A stretch of 64,000 nucleotides of DNA from an uncultured Roseburia sp. (GTDB lineage Bacteria > Bacillota > Clostridia > Lachnospirales > Lachnospiraceae), in NCBI GenBank assembly GCA_910577925.1, contig CAJTOI010000011.1:33491-97490 (forward strand). The letters are read 5' to 3'. Shown here one piece after another: positions 54,793 to 64,000 of the stretch (its first letter is position 1; the number at the start of each line of letters is the position of its first letter). Under the pieces are notes generated by a model. It was not told where the DNA came from, did not search any database, and saw nothing but the letters and a program-made list of their open reading frames with translations. Both the position numbers and the translations under genes were made by a program.

Positions 54793-55428
54793 TTATTCGG
54801 TAGATTGCTCGGCATTTCCTATATCAGAAGAATCTGCAGAGTTTATAATCTCTCCGGAATCAGCATTTATAAAATCTACATGAACATTGTCTACTGGTGT
54901 TCCGTTGAAAATATTATACATTCCGCCATACATATAATAGGCAATAACGGAGAGCGATTCGTTCAAACCTAATTCGACGGAAGTGGTGGTTATCTTAAAT
55001 TCTGTAAAATTATCATTTGCAACGATCTCCGTAAAATTTGGATAGTCCTCTGAACCAACCATATCAGACAGGCTGCTGTTAATATTGTTTGCCAAATCCT
55101 CCATCATTTCCTGATGCTGTATTTTACTCATGACATATGTGGCACTGCCGTCATCATTTAAGGTAATTGATTTATAGCCCTTTTCTTTTGCGATAGCATT
55201 TAAACCCTCTTGCGTGGTTTCACCCAAATAGTCAGCAGGAATTGTAAGTTCGACAGTAAGAAGATTTTTGTCAACGTCAACCTCGCCAATGACGTCTGGT
55301 TCGGAGGTACCTTCCTCGATGACAGATTTAGCAGTTTCATTGGAAGTATCGGCAGGGCTGTCGGTGTTTCCGCATGCAGAGAGTGTAAGCATGCAGACGA
55401 ATAGTGATGTAATAATTTTCTTTTTCAT
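54793..55428 (-). CDS. hypothetical lipoprotein
   Basis: Signal plus lipobox MKKKIITSLFVCMLTLSACGN; acidic mature part; AT-rich gene. Confidence 0.75.
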   Translation of the reverse strand: MKKKIITSLFVCMLTLSACGNTDSPADTSNETAKSVIEEGTSEPDVIGEVDVDKNLLTVELTIPADYLGETTQEGLNAIAKEKGYKSITLNDDGSATYVMSKIQHQEMMEDLANNINSSLSDMVGSEDYPNFTEIVANDNFTEFKITTTSVELGLNESLSVIAYYMYGGMYNIFNGTPVDNVHVDFINADSGEIINSADSSDIGNAEQSTE

Positions 55429-55580
55429 AAGTATTTGACCTCTTAATTTCGTGATATTCTTTAGTTATAATTCTTAATGGGTAATAGAACAATCCATTTT
55501 TTAATAATAGGAAGACCGGCGTATTACGCACAAACCCCTGTAAACGCAGGGTATGCAAGCGCTTACAGGGGTTTTCCGAG

Positions 55581-55666
55581 CGGAGACGGAGGGATTCGAA
55601 CCCTCGTGCCCCGGAGGGCAAACGCATTTCGAGTGCGCCCCGTTATGACCACTTCGATACGTCTCC
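55581..55666 (-). tRNA. tRNA-Ser (CGA)
   Basis: Minus strand GGAGACG...CGTCTCC acceptor, anticodon loop CTCGAAA, long variable arm TGCCCTCCGGGGCA, T-arm with GGTTCGAATCC. Confidence 0.9.
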
Positions 55667-55870
55667 AAGTATATCAAATACTTGATTAGTATATCATATT
55701 TTTGTCAATTTGCAAGAGAAAGATATACGGATTTCTGTGAGAATAATATTTTGGGCAGTATTTTGTCCGCTGTCCGGCTCTCGGCAGAAAGAAGCGGTTG
55801 TGATTCTCTGCAAAACATACTATACTTAGTGGGACAGAAAACAGAATAAAAATATATGAGGTGACGGGAA

Positions 55871-56245
55871 ATGAGCGTATTATTTGTGGAATATCCGAAA
55901 TGCAGTACGTGCCGGAAGGCAAAGGGCTGGCTGGATGCGCACGGCGTGGATTATGAGGAGAGGAATATTAAAGAGCAGAATCCTACGGCAGAAGAGCTCG
56001 CGGCATGGCATGAGAAGAGCGGACTCGATATCAAACGTTTTTTCAATACGAGCGGGCTTGTCTATAAAGAAATGCATTTAAAAGACCGGCTGCCGGAAAT
56101 GACGCTGCAGGAAAAGTATGAGCTTCTGGCAGGCGACGGTATGCTTGTGAAGCGTCCGATTCTGGTGTCGGAGGAAACGGTTCTTTTGGGATTTAAGGAG
56201 GAGGACTGGGACAAAGCGATTGCAAAATACGGAAAAAAAGGGTAA
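55871..56245 (+). CDS. ArsC/Spx-family protein (arsenate-reductase-like)
   Basis: 124 aa; N-terminal YPKCSTCRKAKGWLDAHGVDYEERNI thioredoxin-like motif. Confidence 0.8.
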   Translation: MSVLFVEYPKCSTCRKAKGWLDAHGVDYEERNIKEQNPTAEELAAWHEKSGLDIKRFFNTSGLVYKEMHLKDRLPEMTLQEKYELLAGDGMLVKRPILVSEETVLLGFKEEDWDKAIAKYGKKG

Positions 56246-56293
56246 TATTTTAGATACACAGGAAGTTTGTTATGGAACAGGAGGGTATGCAGG

Positions 56294-57367
56294 ATGAAGA
56301 GAATTGGTATGTTGACGAGCGGCGGAGACTGTCAGGCGCTGAATGCCGCGATGCGCGGAGTGGTAAAGGGGCTTTCCGGAAATGTGGACGGGCTTGAGGT
56401 TTACGGGTTTCTGAACGGTTACAAAGGTCTGATCTACGGAGATTACCGGCTTTTGACTTCGGCGGATTTTTCCGGGATTCTCACGAAGGGCGGAACGATT
56501 CTTGGCTCATCAAGACAGCCGTTTAAACAGATGCGCGTGCCGGACGAAAACGGTCTTGACAAGGTGGAGGCGATGAAGCACACCTACTATAAACTGAATC
56601 TGAACTGCCTGGTGATTCTCGGCGGAAACGGAACCCAGAAGACCGCGAACCTTCTGCGGGAGGAAGGGTTAAATATCATTCATCTGCCGAAGACGATCGA
56701 CAATGATATCTACGGAACCGATGTGACTTTTGGATTCCAGAGCGCCATTAATATCGCGACCGATGCGATCGACTGCATCCACACGACGGCCGCATCCCAC
56801 AACCGTGTATTTATCGTGGAGGTCATGGGACATAAAGTGGGATGGCTGACGCTGTATGCGGGCATTGCAGGCGGCGCCGACATTATTCTGCTGCCGGAGA
56901 TTCCCTATGATATAGAAAGCATTATTGCGGCGATTAACCAGAGGGCAAAGGCCGGAAAAGGATTTACGATACTGGCGGTTGCCGAGGGCGCGATTTCCAA
57001 AGAGGATGCGACGCTTTCCAAGAAGGAATACAAAGAGAAGCTCGCAAAGCGCAAATATCCGTCCGTGTCCTACGAGCTTGCAGACCAGATTTACAAGGCA
57101 AACGGGATGGAAGTGCGCGTCACGGTACCGGGACACACCCAGCGCGGCGGAAGCCCCTGCCCGTACGACAGAGTGCTCTGCACCAGACTCGGATCGGCTG
57201 CGGCGAAAGCCATCATGGATGACGACTACGGTTATATGATCGGTATGGTAAACGGCAAGACAAAGCGGATCTCACTCGGAGAAGTGGCCGGTAAGCTTAA
57301 GACCGTAGACCCGGAGAGCCAGATGATCAAAGAAGCAAAGAGAACAGGAATCAGTTTCGGAGACTGA
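56294..57367 (+). CDS. pfkA: 6-phosphofructokinase
   Basis: ORF 56267..57367 (ATG 56294). MKRIGMLTSGGDCQALNAAMRG, PKTIDNDI, GHTQRGG blocks. Confidence 0.9.
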   Translation: MKRIGMLTSGGDCQALNAAMRGVVKGLSGNVDGLEVYGFLNGYKGLIYGDYRLLTSADFSGILTKGGTILGSSRQPFKQMRVPDENGLDKVEAMKHTYYKLNLNCLVILGGNGTQKTANLLREEGLNIIHLPKTIDNDIYGTDVTFGFQSAINIATDAIDCIHTTAASHNRVFIVEVMGHKVGWLTLYAGIAGGADIILLPEIPYDIESIIAAINQRAKAGKGFTILAVAEGAISKEDATLSKKEYKEKLAKRKYPSVSYELADQIYKANGMEVRVTVPGHTQRGGSPCPYDRVLCTRLGSAAAKAIMDDDYGYMIGMVNGKTKRISLGEVAGKLKTVDPESQMIKEAKRTGISFGD

Positions 57368-57392
57368 TGTCTTTATATAATGAGGTAACAGA

Positions 57393-58979
57393 GTGGCTTA
57401 TCAGGCATTGTACCGAAAGTTCCGGCCGCAGGAATTTTCGGATGTAAAAGGGCAAGACCATATCGTCACGACCCTGAGAAATCAGATTAAGGCGGACCGC
57501 ATCGGCCACGCCTATCTGTTTTGCGGTACAAGAGGAACGGGAAAGACTACCATTGCCAAGATTTTTGCGAAGGCAGTGAACTGTGAGAGCCCGGCAGACG
57601 GCAGTCCCTGCGGGGAGTGCCCGACCTGCCGGGCAATTGCGTCGGGAGCGTCGATGAATGTGATCGAGATTGACGCCGCATCAAACAACGGTGTGGATAA
57701 TATCCGGCAGATTCGCGAGGAGGTGGAATACCGCCCGACCGAGGGAAAGTATAAAGTCTATATTATCGACGAGGTTCATATGCTTTCGATAGGAGCTTTT
57801 AACGCGCTGTTAAAGACGCTCGAGGAGCCGCCGTCTTATGTGATCTTTATTTTGGCGACGACGGAAGCGCACAAGATTCCGATCACGATTCTCTCGCGCT
57901 GCCAGCGCTATGACTTCCGGCGGATTTCCATTGACACCATCGCGGCGAGACTGTCCGATCTGATGGAGCAGGAGCAGGTCGCGGTGGAAGAAAAAGCCAT
58001 CCGCTATGTGGCGAAGGCGGGGGACGGATCGATGAGAGATGCGTTAAGTCTGCTCGACCAGTGCATTGCGTTTTATCTGGGACAGGAGCTGACCTACGAT
58101 AAAGTGCTTGAGACGCTGGGAGCCGTAGATACCGAGGTGTTCAGCAAGCTTCTGCGCCGGATACTCGACAAAAATATCACGGGCGCGATTTCCACCGTGG
58201 ATGATCTGGTGGTGGAGGGCCGCGAGCTGGGACAGTTTGTCAACGACTTCACCTGGTATCTGCGCAACTTGATGCTGGTGCAGAGCTCCGACGACATGGA
58301 AGATGTGCTCGATATCTCGACCGAGAATCTTGCCCTTCTGAAAGAGGAGGCCGGGATGGTGGACGCGGAAGTTCTGATGCGCTATATCCGCATTTTCTCG
58401 GAGCTTGCCAGCCAGATAAAATATGCGGCGCAGAAGCGCATTCTGATCGAGATAGCGGTGATTAAGTTATGTAAACCTGAAATGGAAAAGGATTACACCT
58501 CGCTGATCGACCGGATTGACAGCCTTGAGAAGAAACTGGAAAAAGGAGCCGCGGTGATTGCGCAGCCGTCGACGGCGCCAAACGCCGCAGCCGCTTCGAG
58601 TGGTGCGGGCGGCGCTGCTTCAGTGAGGAAAACGGAACTGCCGAAGGCGATTCCGGAGGATATAAAGCAGGTGATCGCAAGCTGGAACGGGATCATTTCC
58701 GGTCTTACGGGTCTGACAAAGACATATCTGAAAAAAGCGATTAAGTCACTGGGACCGGACGATTCCCTGCTTTTGGTGTTTGACGATGCGAACGCATTCA
58801 GCTACGTTGACGAGAACCGCTCGGGCTGCAGGGATGCTTTAAAGGCAGCCGTCGCGGAACGGCTTGAAAAAGAGATCGAGATTCAGGTAAAGTTAAACGA
58901 CACCGGGCAGCCGGGGGAAGAGATTTATCCGGACCTGGGACAGCTCATTCAGATGGATATAGAAGAGGAGGATTTCTAA
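57393..58979 (+). CDS. dnaX: DNA polymerase III subunits gamma/tau
   Basis: [18 protein letters not shown], Walker [10 protein letters not shown], zinc module [15 protein letters not shown]. Confidence 0.95.
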   Translation: MAYQALYRKFRPQEFSDVKGQDHIVTTLRNQIKADRIGHAYLFCGTRGTGKTTIAKIFAKAVNCESPADGSPCGECPTCRAIASGASMNVIEIDAASNNGVDNIRQIREEVEYRPTEGKYKVYIIDEVHMLSIGAFNALLKTLEEPPSYVIFILATTEAHKIPITILSRCQRYDFRRISIDTIAARLSDLMEQEQVAVEEKAIRYVAKAGDGSMRDALSLLDQCIAFYLGQELTYDKVLETLGAVDTEVFSKLLRRILDKNITGAISTVDDLVVEGRELGQFVNDFTWYLRNLMLVQSSDDMEDVLDISTENLALLKEEAGMVDAEVLMRYIRIFSELASQIKYAAQKRILIEIAVIKLCKPEMEKDYTSLIDRIDSLEKKLEKGAAVIAQPSTAPNAAAASSGAGGAASVRKTELPKAIPEDIKQVIASWNGIISGLTGLTKTYLKKAIKSLGPDDSLLLVFDDANAFSYVDENRSGCRDALKAAVAERLEKEIEIQVKLNDTGQPGEEIYPDLGQLIQMDIEEEDF

Positions 58980-58980
58980 A

Positions 58981-59331
58981 ATGGCAAAAAGAGGAGGATT
59001 TCCGGGCGGTATGCCGGGGAACATGAATAACCTGATGAAGCAGGCGCAGAAGATGCAGCGCCAGATGGAAGAGGCGCAGAAGGAGCTCGAGGAGAAAGAG
59101 GTGACGGCCTCTGCGGGAGGAGGAGCCGTGGAGGTGACGGTATCCGGAAAGCATGAAGTGACAAAGGTAAAGCTCTCGGAGGAGGTTGTGGACCCCGAAG
59201 ACATCGAGATGCTCGAAGATCTGATCATGGCGGCGACCAACGAAGCGTTCCGTCAACTCGACGAGATTTCGGCGGATTCCATGTCGAAGATTACCGGAGG
59301 CATGAGCGGACTCGGCGGACTGCCGTTTTAG
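58981..59331 (+). CDS. ybaB: YbaB/EbfC nucleoid-associated protein
   Basis: 116 aa, [23 protein letters not shown] signature, directly after dnaX. Confidence 0.9.
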   Translation: MAKRGGFPGGMPGNMNNLMKQAQKMQRQMEEAQKELEEKEVTASAGGGAVEVTVSGKHEVTKVKLSEEVVDPEDIEMLEDLIMAATNEAFRQLDEISADSMSKITGGMSGLGGLPF

Positions 59332-59365
59332 GACACATAAAAAAGTGCCGCATTGCGGCGCTTTT

Positions 59366-60136
59366 TTACAGTTTCGCCTTAAACACTTCATCCGCCGGAT
59401 ATCCGCCGGCGCACTTCTGCATCGCGCGCTGAATGCTGTCCGCCGAATTTCCCCAATCCTTGTCTTTGTTTCGGTAATCGTTTTTTTCTACAAACCAGGA
59501 GACTTCCTCCTGCAGCCGGGACAGATTGTCCCGCATCATTGAAAATGCGTTCGGATAAAAAGATTTTTTCTCTTCATCGGTAAGCTTATCTTCCGCAACT
59601 TCAATCAAATCTCCGAAATGAGGCAGGCAAAAGCCCTTACTCTGCTCAAAAAGACTCCGAAATTCTTCATTTTTCTTATACAGATCAAAAAACGTGTCGA
59701 GGTAGCGGCCGTATATCTGACGGAAATGGTCGCAGACATAACAGTCGGCGGTCTTTTTTGCAATCCATGCGCCGAGCGGTGTTTTCGGAGCCGAGTCTTT
59801 CGCGGCGTCGGTGTGCCGCATGCGTTTGAGAAGGCTGGACTTGCCGGGGGCAAAAGCGTTCAGTTCCTCTCCGAGTTCCTGATTTAATTTGCGCAGATGC
59901 GTGGACAAAATCAGAGCGTTACCGAGGCGGTTGCCGTAGTCGTACATCATTTTATAGTGATGGCGGCAGAAGCCGATGGCGTCGGTTTTCTCGCGGATAT
60001 CATCTTCCATATAGGCGGAGCCCAGAATAAATGAGACGGCGTGCTGCTCGGCTTCCCGCTCCAGATAGCAGAAAGGACACTCGTCTTTGGCGTGAAGGGC
60101 GTTCATCAGCGGAATTGTAGCAATATTTTCTTTCAT
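59366..60136 (-). CDS. Cys-rich hypothetical protein (two CxxC motifs; DUF6062-like from memory)
   Basis: ORF 59366..60310; ATG 60136 preceded by GGAGGA. CPFC, CRHH, CYVC and CLPH motifs; antisense to the flanking dnaX-ybaB and recR. Confidence 0.65.
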   Translation of the reverse strand: MKENIATIPLMNALHAKDECPFCYLEREAEQHAVSFILGSAYMEDDIREKTDAIGFCRHHYKMMYDYGNRLGNALILSTHLRKLNQELGEELNAFAPGKSSLLKRMRHTDAAKDSAPKTPLGAWIAKKTADCYVCDHFRQIYGRYLDTFFDLYKKNEEFRSLFEQSKGFCLPHFGDLIEVAEDKLTDEEKKSFYPNAFSMMRDNLSRLQEEVSWFVEKNDYRNKDKDWGNSADSIQRAMQKCAGGYPADEVFKAKL

Positions 60137-60321
60137 GGCTGTCCTCCGTTTTCGGTATTTGCGGTTATAATAAAAGTATAGCACGGGGATGCTCGGAACG
60201 CAAAAAAAGAAAACTGCCTTGTAAAAACCTGCGTTATCAAGTAATATAGTAACGGCAGGAAAACAACAGCGGCGATAAGTCGTTTGTCGTCTCAAAATCA
60301 GCTGCGGCATGGAGGCAGAAC

Positions 60322-60918
60322 ATGGAATACTACAGCAGGCAGATCAGCAAATTAATACAGGAACTGTCATCGCTTCCGGGCATCGGGACGAAATCCGCCC
60401 AGCGCCTGGCCTTTCATATTCTGAATATGCCGACAGAGCAGGTGGAGGCGCTCTCGGCTGCGATTGTCGATGCGAAGCGAAATGTCTGTTACTGCAGGGA
60501 GTGTTTTACGCTGACGGACGAGGAACTCTGCCCCATCTGCAGGGACGCATCCAGAAACCACAGGCTGATTATGGTAGTCGAGAACACCAGAGATCTGGCC
60601 GCCTACGAGAAGACGGCAAAGTATGAGGGTGTTTACCATGTGCTGCACGGAGCGATATCGCCGATGCTTGGGATCGGGCCGAACGATATCCGGCTCAAAG
60701 AATTGATGCAGCGGCTGCAGCAGGAGGTGGAAGAGGTTATTATCGCCACAAATTCCAGCCTCGAAGGTGAGACTACGGCGATGTATATCAGCAAATTAAT
60801 CAAACCCACAGGGATAAAGGTGACGCGGATTGCCAGCGGAGTGCCTGTGGGCGGCGATTTGGAATATATTGATGAGGTTACGCTGCTGCGTGCGCTGGAG
60901 GGACGCACGGAATTGTAA
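60322..60918 (+). CDS. recR: recombination protein RecR
   Basis: [15 protein letters not shown] helix-hairpin-helix, C4 zinc finger CRECFTL...CPIC, Toprim domain. Confidence 0.95.
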   Translation: MEYYSRQISKLIQELSSLPGIGTKSAQRLAFHILNMPTEQVEALSAAIVDAKRNVCYCRECFTLTDEELCPICRDASRNHRLIMVVENTRDLAAYEKTAKYEGVYHVLHGAISPMLGIGPNDIRLKELMQRLQQEVEEVIIATNSSLEGETTAMYISKLIKPTGIKVTRIASGVPVGGDLEYIDEVTLLRALEGRTEL

Positions 60919-60961
60919 TCAGGGGGCTGCTGCGGCAGAAGATAAAAGAAAGGAAACCAAT

Positions 60962-61798
60962 ATGACGAATCTGGAACTTCAGAAAACGGCAAATGAAATC
61001 AGGAAAAGCATTGTGACTGCGGTTCACAGTGCAAAGGCGGGACATCCGGGAGGTTCGCTTTCGGCCGCGGACATTTTTACTTATCTGTACTTTGAGGAGA
61101 TGAATGTGGATCCCGGGAATCCCCGGATGGCGGATCGGGATCGCTTTGTACTGTCAAAAGGGCATACGGCGCCGGGACTTTATGCGGCGCTGGCCGAGAG
61201 AGGTTTTTTCCCGAAAGAGGACCTTGTGACACTGCGCCATACCGGCTCGTATTTGCAGGGGCATCCGGATATGAAGCAGATACCGGGGGTTGACATGTCG
61301 TCCGGTTCCCTGGGACAGGGGCTGTCCGCGGCAGTCGGAATGGCTGCGGCAGGCAAGTTTGACAAGAAGGATTACCGCGTATACGCACTCTGCGGGGACG
61401 GGGAGATTCAGGAAGGACAGATTTGGGAAGCCGCGATGTGGGCCGGTTTCAAAAAGCTGGACAATCTCGCGGTGATTGTGGACAACAACAATCTCCAGAT
61501 TGACGGCTGCGTGGACGAAGTGTGCTCGCCCTACCCGATTGACAAAAAGTTCGAGGCGTTCGGTTTTCATGCGATAACGATTGACGGAAATAATTTCGAT
61601 GAAATCCGGAAAGCTTTTCGGGAGGCCAGAGAGACAAAGGGAATGCCGACGGCGATTATCGCGAAAACGGTAAAGGGACTGGGCGTTTCCTTTATGGAAA
61701 ATGCGGTCGGCTGGCACGGAAAAGCGCCGAACGACGCGGAGTATGCGGTTGCGATGGAAGATTTGAAGAAAGCGGGGGAAGCGTTATGTCAGAAATAA
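60962..61798 (+). CDS. transketolase, N-terminal subunit
   Basis: ORF 60830..61798 (ATG 60962). GHPGGSLSAADI and GDGEIQEGQIWEA thiamine-diphosphate motifs. Confidence 0.9.
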   Translation: MTNLELQKTANEIRKSIVTAVHSAKAGHPGGSLSAADIFTYLYFEEMNVDPGNPRMADRDRFVLSKGHTAPGLYAALAERGFFPKEDLVTLRHTGSYLQGHPDMKQIPGVDMSSGSLGQGLSAAVGMAAAGKFDKKDYRVYALCGDGEIQEGQIWEAAMWAGFKKLDNLAVIVDNNNLQIDGCVDEVCSPYPIDKKFEAFGFHAITIDGNNFDEIRKAFREARETKGMPTAIIAKTVKGLGVSFMENAVGWHGKAPNDAEYAVAMEDLKKAGEALCQK

Positions 61799-62748
61799 AA
61801 GGCGATACGACTGTAAAGATTGCAACCAGGGAGAGCTACGGATATACGCTGGCGGAGCTCGGAAGGGAGCATGAGGAGCTGATTGTGCTGGATGCGGACC
61901 TTGCGGGAGCCACGAAGACCGATATTTTTAAGAAAGCGTTCCCGGAGCGGCACTGGGATATCGGGATTGCGGAGGCAAATATGACGGGGATCGCTGCGGG
62001 TCTCGCAGCCTGCGGAAAAGTGCCGTTTATCAGTTCTTTTGCGATGTTTGTATCGGGAAGAAATTACGAGCAGATAAGAAATTCCATCGGTTATCCCCAT
62101 CTGAACGTAAAAATCGGAGCCACGCATGCCGGAATCTCGGTCGGCGAGGACGGGGCATCGCATCAGTGTCTTGAGGATATCGCGCTGATGCGCACGATTC
62201 CGGGAATGACGGTGATCAACCCGGCGGATGACATTGAGGCGCGCGCCGCAGTCAGAGCGGCATACGACCATGTGGGGCCGGTGTACCTGCGTTTCGGAAG
62301 GCTGGCGGTTCCGGTATTTAACGATCCGGCAGAATATCGGTTTGAACTCGGACGCGGCATTGTGCTCAAAGAGGGGAAAGACGTTTCGATTTTTGCCACG
62401 GGTCTCTGCGTAAATGAGGCCAGGCAGGCGGAGCGGCTTCTCGCGGCGGACGGGATTGACGCGGAGCTGATCAATATCCATACCATAAAGCCGTTAGACG
62501 AGGAGCTTGTGACGGCCTCCGCCGTAAAGACGGGGCGGGTAGTCACGGTGGAGGAACATTCGGTCATCGGCGGTCTCGGAAGTGCGGTTTGCGATGTGCT
62601 GTCAGAAAAGGCGCCGACAAGGGTGATGAAAATCGGAATCAACGATACCTTCGGGGAGTCCGGTCCGGCGTGGGAATTGATCGCAAAATACGGTCTGGAT
62701 GCGGAGAGTATTTACCGGCGTGTCAAAGCGTTTGTAAAACAAAACTGA
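61786..62748 (+). CDS. transketolase, C-terminal subunit
   Basis: Overlaps the upstream gene by 13 nt. Pyrimidine-binding domain block ATRESYG...GIAEANMTGIAAGLA and C-terminal domain. Confidence 0.9.
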   Translation: MSEIKGDTTVKIATRESYGYTLAELGREHEELIVLDADLAGATKTDIFKKAFPERHWDIGIAEANMTGIAAGLAACGKVPFISSFAMFVSGRNYEQIRNSIGYPHLNVKIGATHAGISVGEDGASHQCLEDIALMRTIPGMTVINPADDIEARAAVRAAYDHVGPVYLRFGRLAVPVFNDPAEYRFELGRGIVLKEGKDVSIFATGLCVNEARQAERLLAADGIDAELINIHTIKPLDEELVTASAVKTGRVVTVEEHSVIGGLGSAVCDVLSEKAPTRVMKIGINDTFGESGPAWELIAKYGLDAESIYRRVKAFVKQN

Positions 62749-62779
62749 AAATCGGCGTGTGGGAAACATGGCTGCGGCG

Positions 62780-62809
62780 GGGCGGAACAGAAAGACCCCG
62801 CCCTTTTTT
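62780..62809 (+). terminator. terminator after the transketolase genes
   Basis: GGGCGG (62780-62785) pairs with CCGCCC (62798-62803), followed by TTTTTT. Confidence 0.6.
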
Positions 62810-62935
62810 GTCGAAATGTTTTTTTGAAACGGTACACAATCCACCAAAAAATTTCACGGTGCTGTGCTACTATCCTCTCTGAGACAAGCAATGCAGGAAA
62901 AATGCCTGCGCGGCCGGAAAGGAGCAGGGAGGAAT

Positions 62936-64000
62936 ATGATAGAAATCATTCGGGAAGAAAATTCGGACGGTACAAAGGATCAGAGAGGATTGCCGAAAGA
63001 TATCAAACAGATAGGAAAACCGGATATCGGAGAACGCATATATGTGGAGAATCAGGTGTATCAGTATATGCATCCCTACCACGGCTATGAGGAGGCGGCA
63101 TATGTGCTGCTCGGAAGGTTTGAGAATTATGCGGGCAAGCAGTGCGTGTTTGTCGAGGCGGCAATTCGTTTGGAGGAGATCGCGTTTGAGGGAGAAGTCC
63201 CCGTCTGGAATGATCAGACATGGGCCTACATATATAAACAGCTGAAACACGAATATGACAGTATGGTGATTGTGGGATGGGCGCTGGATATCAAAGGACA
63301 GCTGCCGAATATGACGGCAAAAATCGAGACACTGCATCAGAATAATTTCGGAGGGCCCCATCAGGTACTGTTTCTGATGGACAGCCTGGAGCGGGAAGAG
63401 ACTTTCTACTGCACCCGCAACGGCCACCTGTACCGGAGAGACGGGTTTTATGTATACTACCGCAAATCCGGCGAATGGATCACGGATGAGGAGGGAGTAT
63501 CCGTGCGGGAAAAAGCCGCGGAGCGGATGGCAATGACTGCGGAAGAACCCGGGGAAGGAGCCGAAAAAGAGGCGGAGCCTGTCGATACGTCCGCAAAATC
63601 CGAGGAGGAATCCATGGGATTTGCGGAGCGTTTTCTGCGGTTCGGAGAGGACACGAGTGACCAGACATCATCCGGCGGCGGATTTTTCAGAGGAAAGGGA
63701 AGCTATAGGGAACAGCTGAAAGAGAAACAGCAGAAGGGATGGAATCTGTCGTATGCGTACACGGGGCTTATGGTGGCCATTGTGTGTGCGCTCGGGGCGA
63801 CCGTGTACCAGAATTATCAGAAACTCGGGGATATGGAAGCCGCTATTGCGGAGATGAATAAAGACGAAAAGAAAGAAGCGGAAGCGTCCGCGATAACCGT
63901 GGAGACAGTGGCCGGGAACGTGGAGAAACAGCAGACGCAGCCGACCGGGACGGATGCGGCGGCATCGACCGGGACGGACGAAACGGACACGCCGTCCGGA
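62936..64000 (+). CDS. hypothetical protein, 3' end beyond window
   Basis: Not in the ORF track because it has no stop. ATG 62936 after GGGAGG; frame open for 355 codons to the window end. Globular N-terminal domain, acidic linker, one TM-like segment LMVAIVCALGATVY. Confidence 0.6.
   Translation, partial: MIEIIREENSDGTKDQRGLPKDIKQIGKPDIGERIYVENQVYQYMHPYHGYEEAAYVLLGRFENYAGKQCVFVEAAIRLEEIAFEGEVPVWNDQTWAYIYKQLKHEYDSMVIVGWALDIKGQLPNMTAKIETLHQNNFGGPHQVLFLMDSLEREETFYCTRNGHLYRRDGFYVYYRKSGEWITDEEGVSVREKAAERMAMTAEEPGEGAEKEAEPVDTSAKSEEESMGFAERFLRFGEDTSDQTSSGGGFFRGKGSYREQLKEKQQKGWNLSYAYTGLMVAIVCALGATVYQNYQKLGDMEAAIAEMNKDEKKEAEASAITVETVAGNVEKQQTQPTGTDAAASTGTDETDTPSG

Noticed and set aside
41366-55666. 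Complete prophage integrated at tRNA-Ser.
   Set aside because: There are no integrase, capsid, portal, terminase or lysis genes. I could find no direct repeat of the tRNA-Ser 3' end near the left boundary (41231-41365).
1-64000. CRISPR arrays, rRNA operons, retrons and group II introns.
   Set aside because: I noticed no regularly spaced short repeats, no rRNA-like sequence and no reverse-transcriptase-like ORF while reading both strands.

Overview
This window looks like chromosomal DNA from a Clostridia-type Firmicute; that assignment is inferred from gene content, since no database search was possible. The backbone is GC-rich (about 62% in a hand-counted 60-nt line) and mostly housekeeping: tadA-ffs, pta, pfkA, dnaX-ybaB-recR, split transketolase, three tRNAs and an rbr/perR pair. 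Two AT-richer accessory segments interrupt it.

(1) 13.3-23.7 kb is a LacI-controlled sugar-uptake and GH13 phosphorylase island. Its first ABC permease gene is cleanly split by an IS1595-family element with 8-bp target duplications.

(2) 41.4-54.3 kb is a head-less PBSX/diffocin-like contractile-tail gene cluster. It runs sheath, tube, frameshifted chaperone, tape measure, LysM, baseplate and fibre, and it sits directly behind an ImmA/XRE switch with three 17-bp palindromic operators. I see no capsid, terminase, integrase or lysis genes, so it is a candidate R-type tailocin.

The most unusual signal is in the tail-fibre gene. A perfect 15-bp inverted repeat, in frame as LNTDL in both orientations, brackets the current receptor-binding C-terminus and an oppositely oriented, promoterless, AT-rich alternative C-terminus. 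This is the layout of a Mu G / P1 C-type invertible host-range switch, but no invertase gene is present in the window. A decayed third C-terminal module lies just beyond it.

Other points:
- a DnaA-box trio after pta
- a MerR-type 19-bp-spacer promoter
- LacI operator palindromes
- a 33-nt terminator-like sequence repeated 30.6 kb apart
- an orphan HicB
- a streptococcal-type unsaturated-uronate pathway cluster
- an opposite-strand Cys-rich gene wedged between ybaB and recR

All functional calls come from motif recognition by eye and need HMM/BLAST confirmation.
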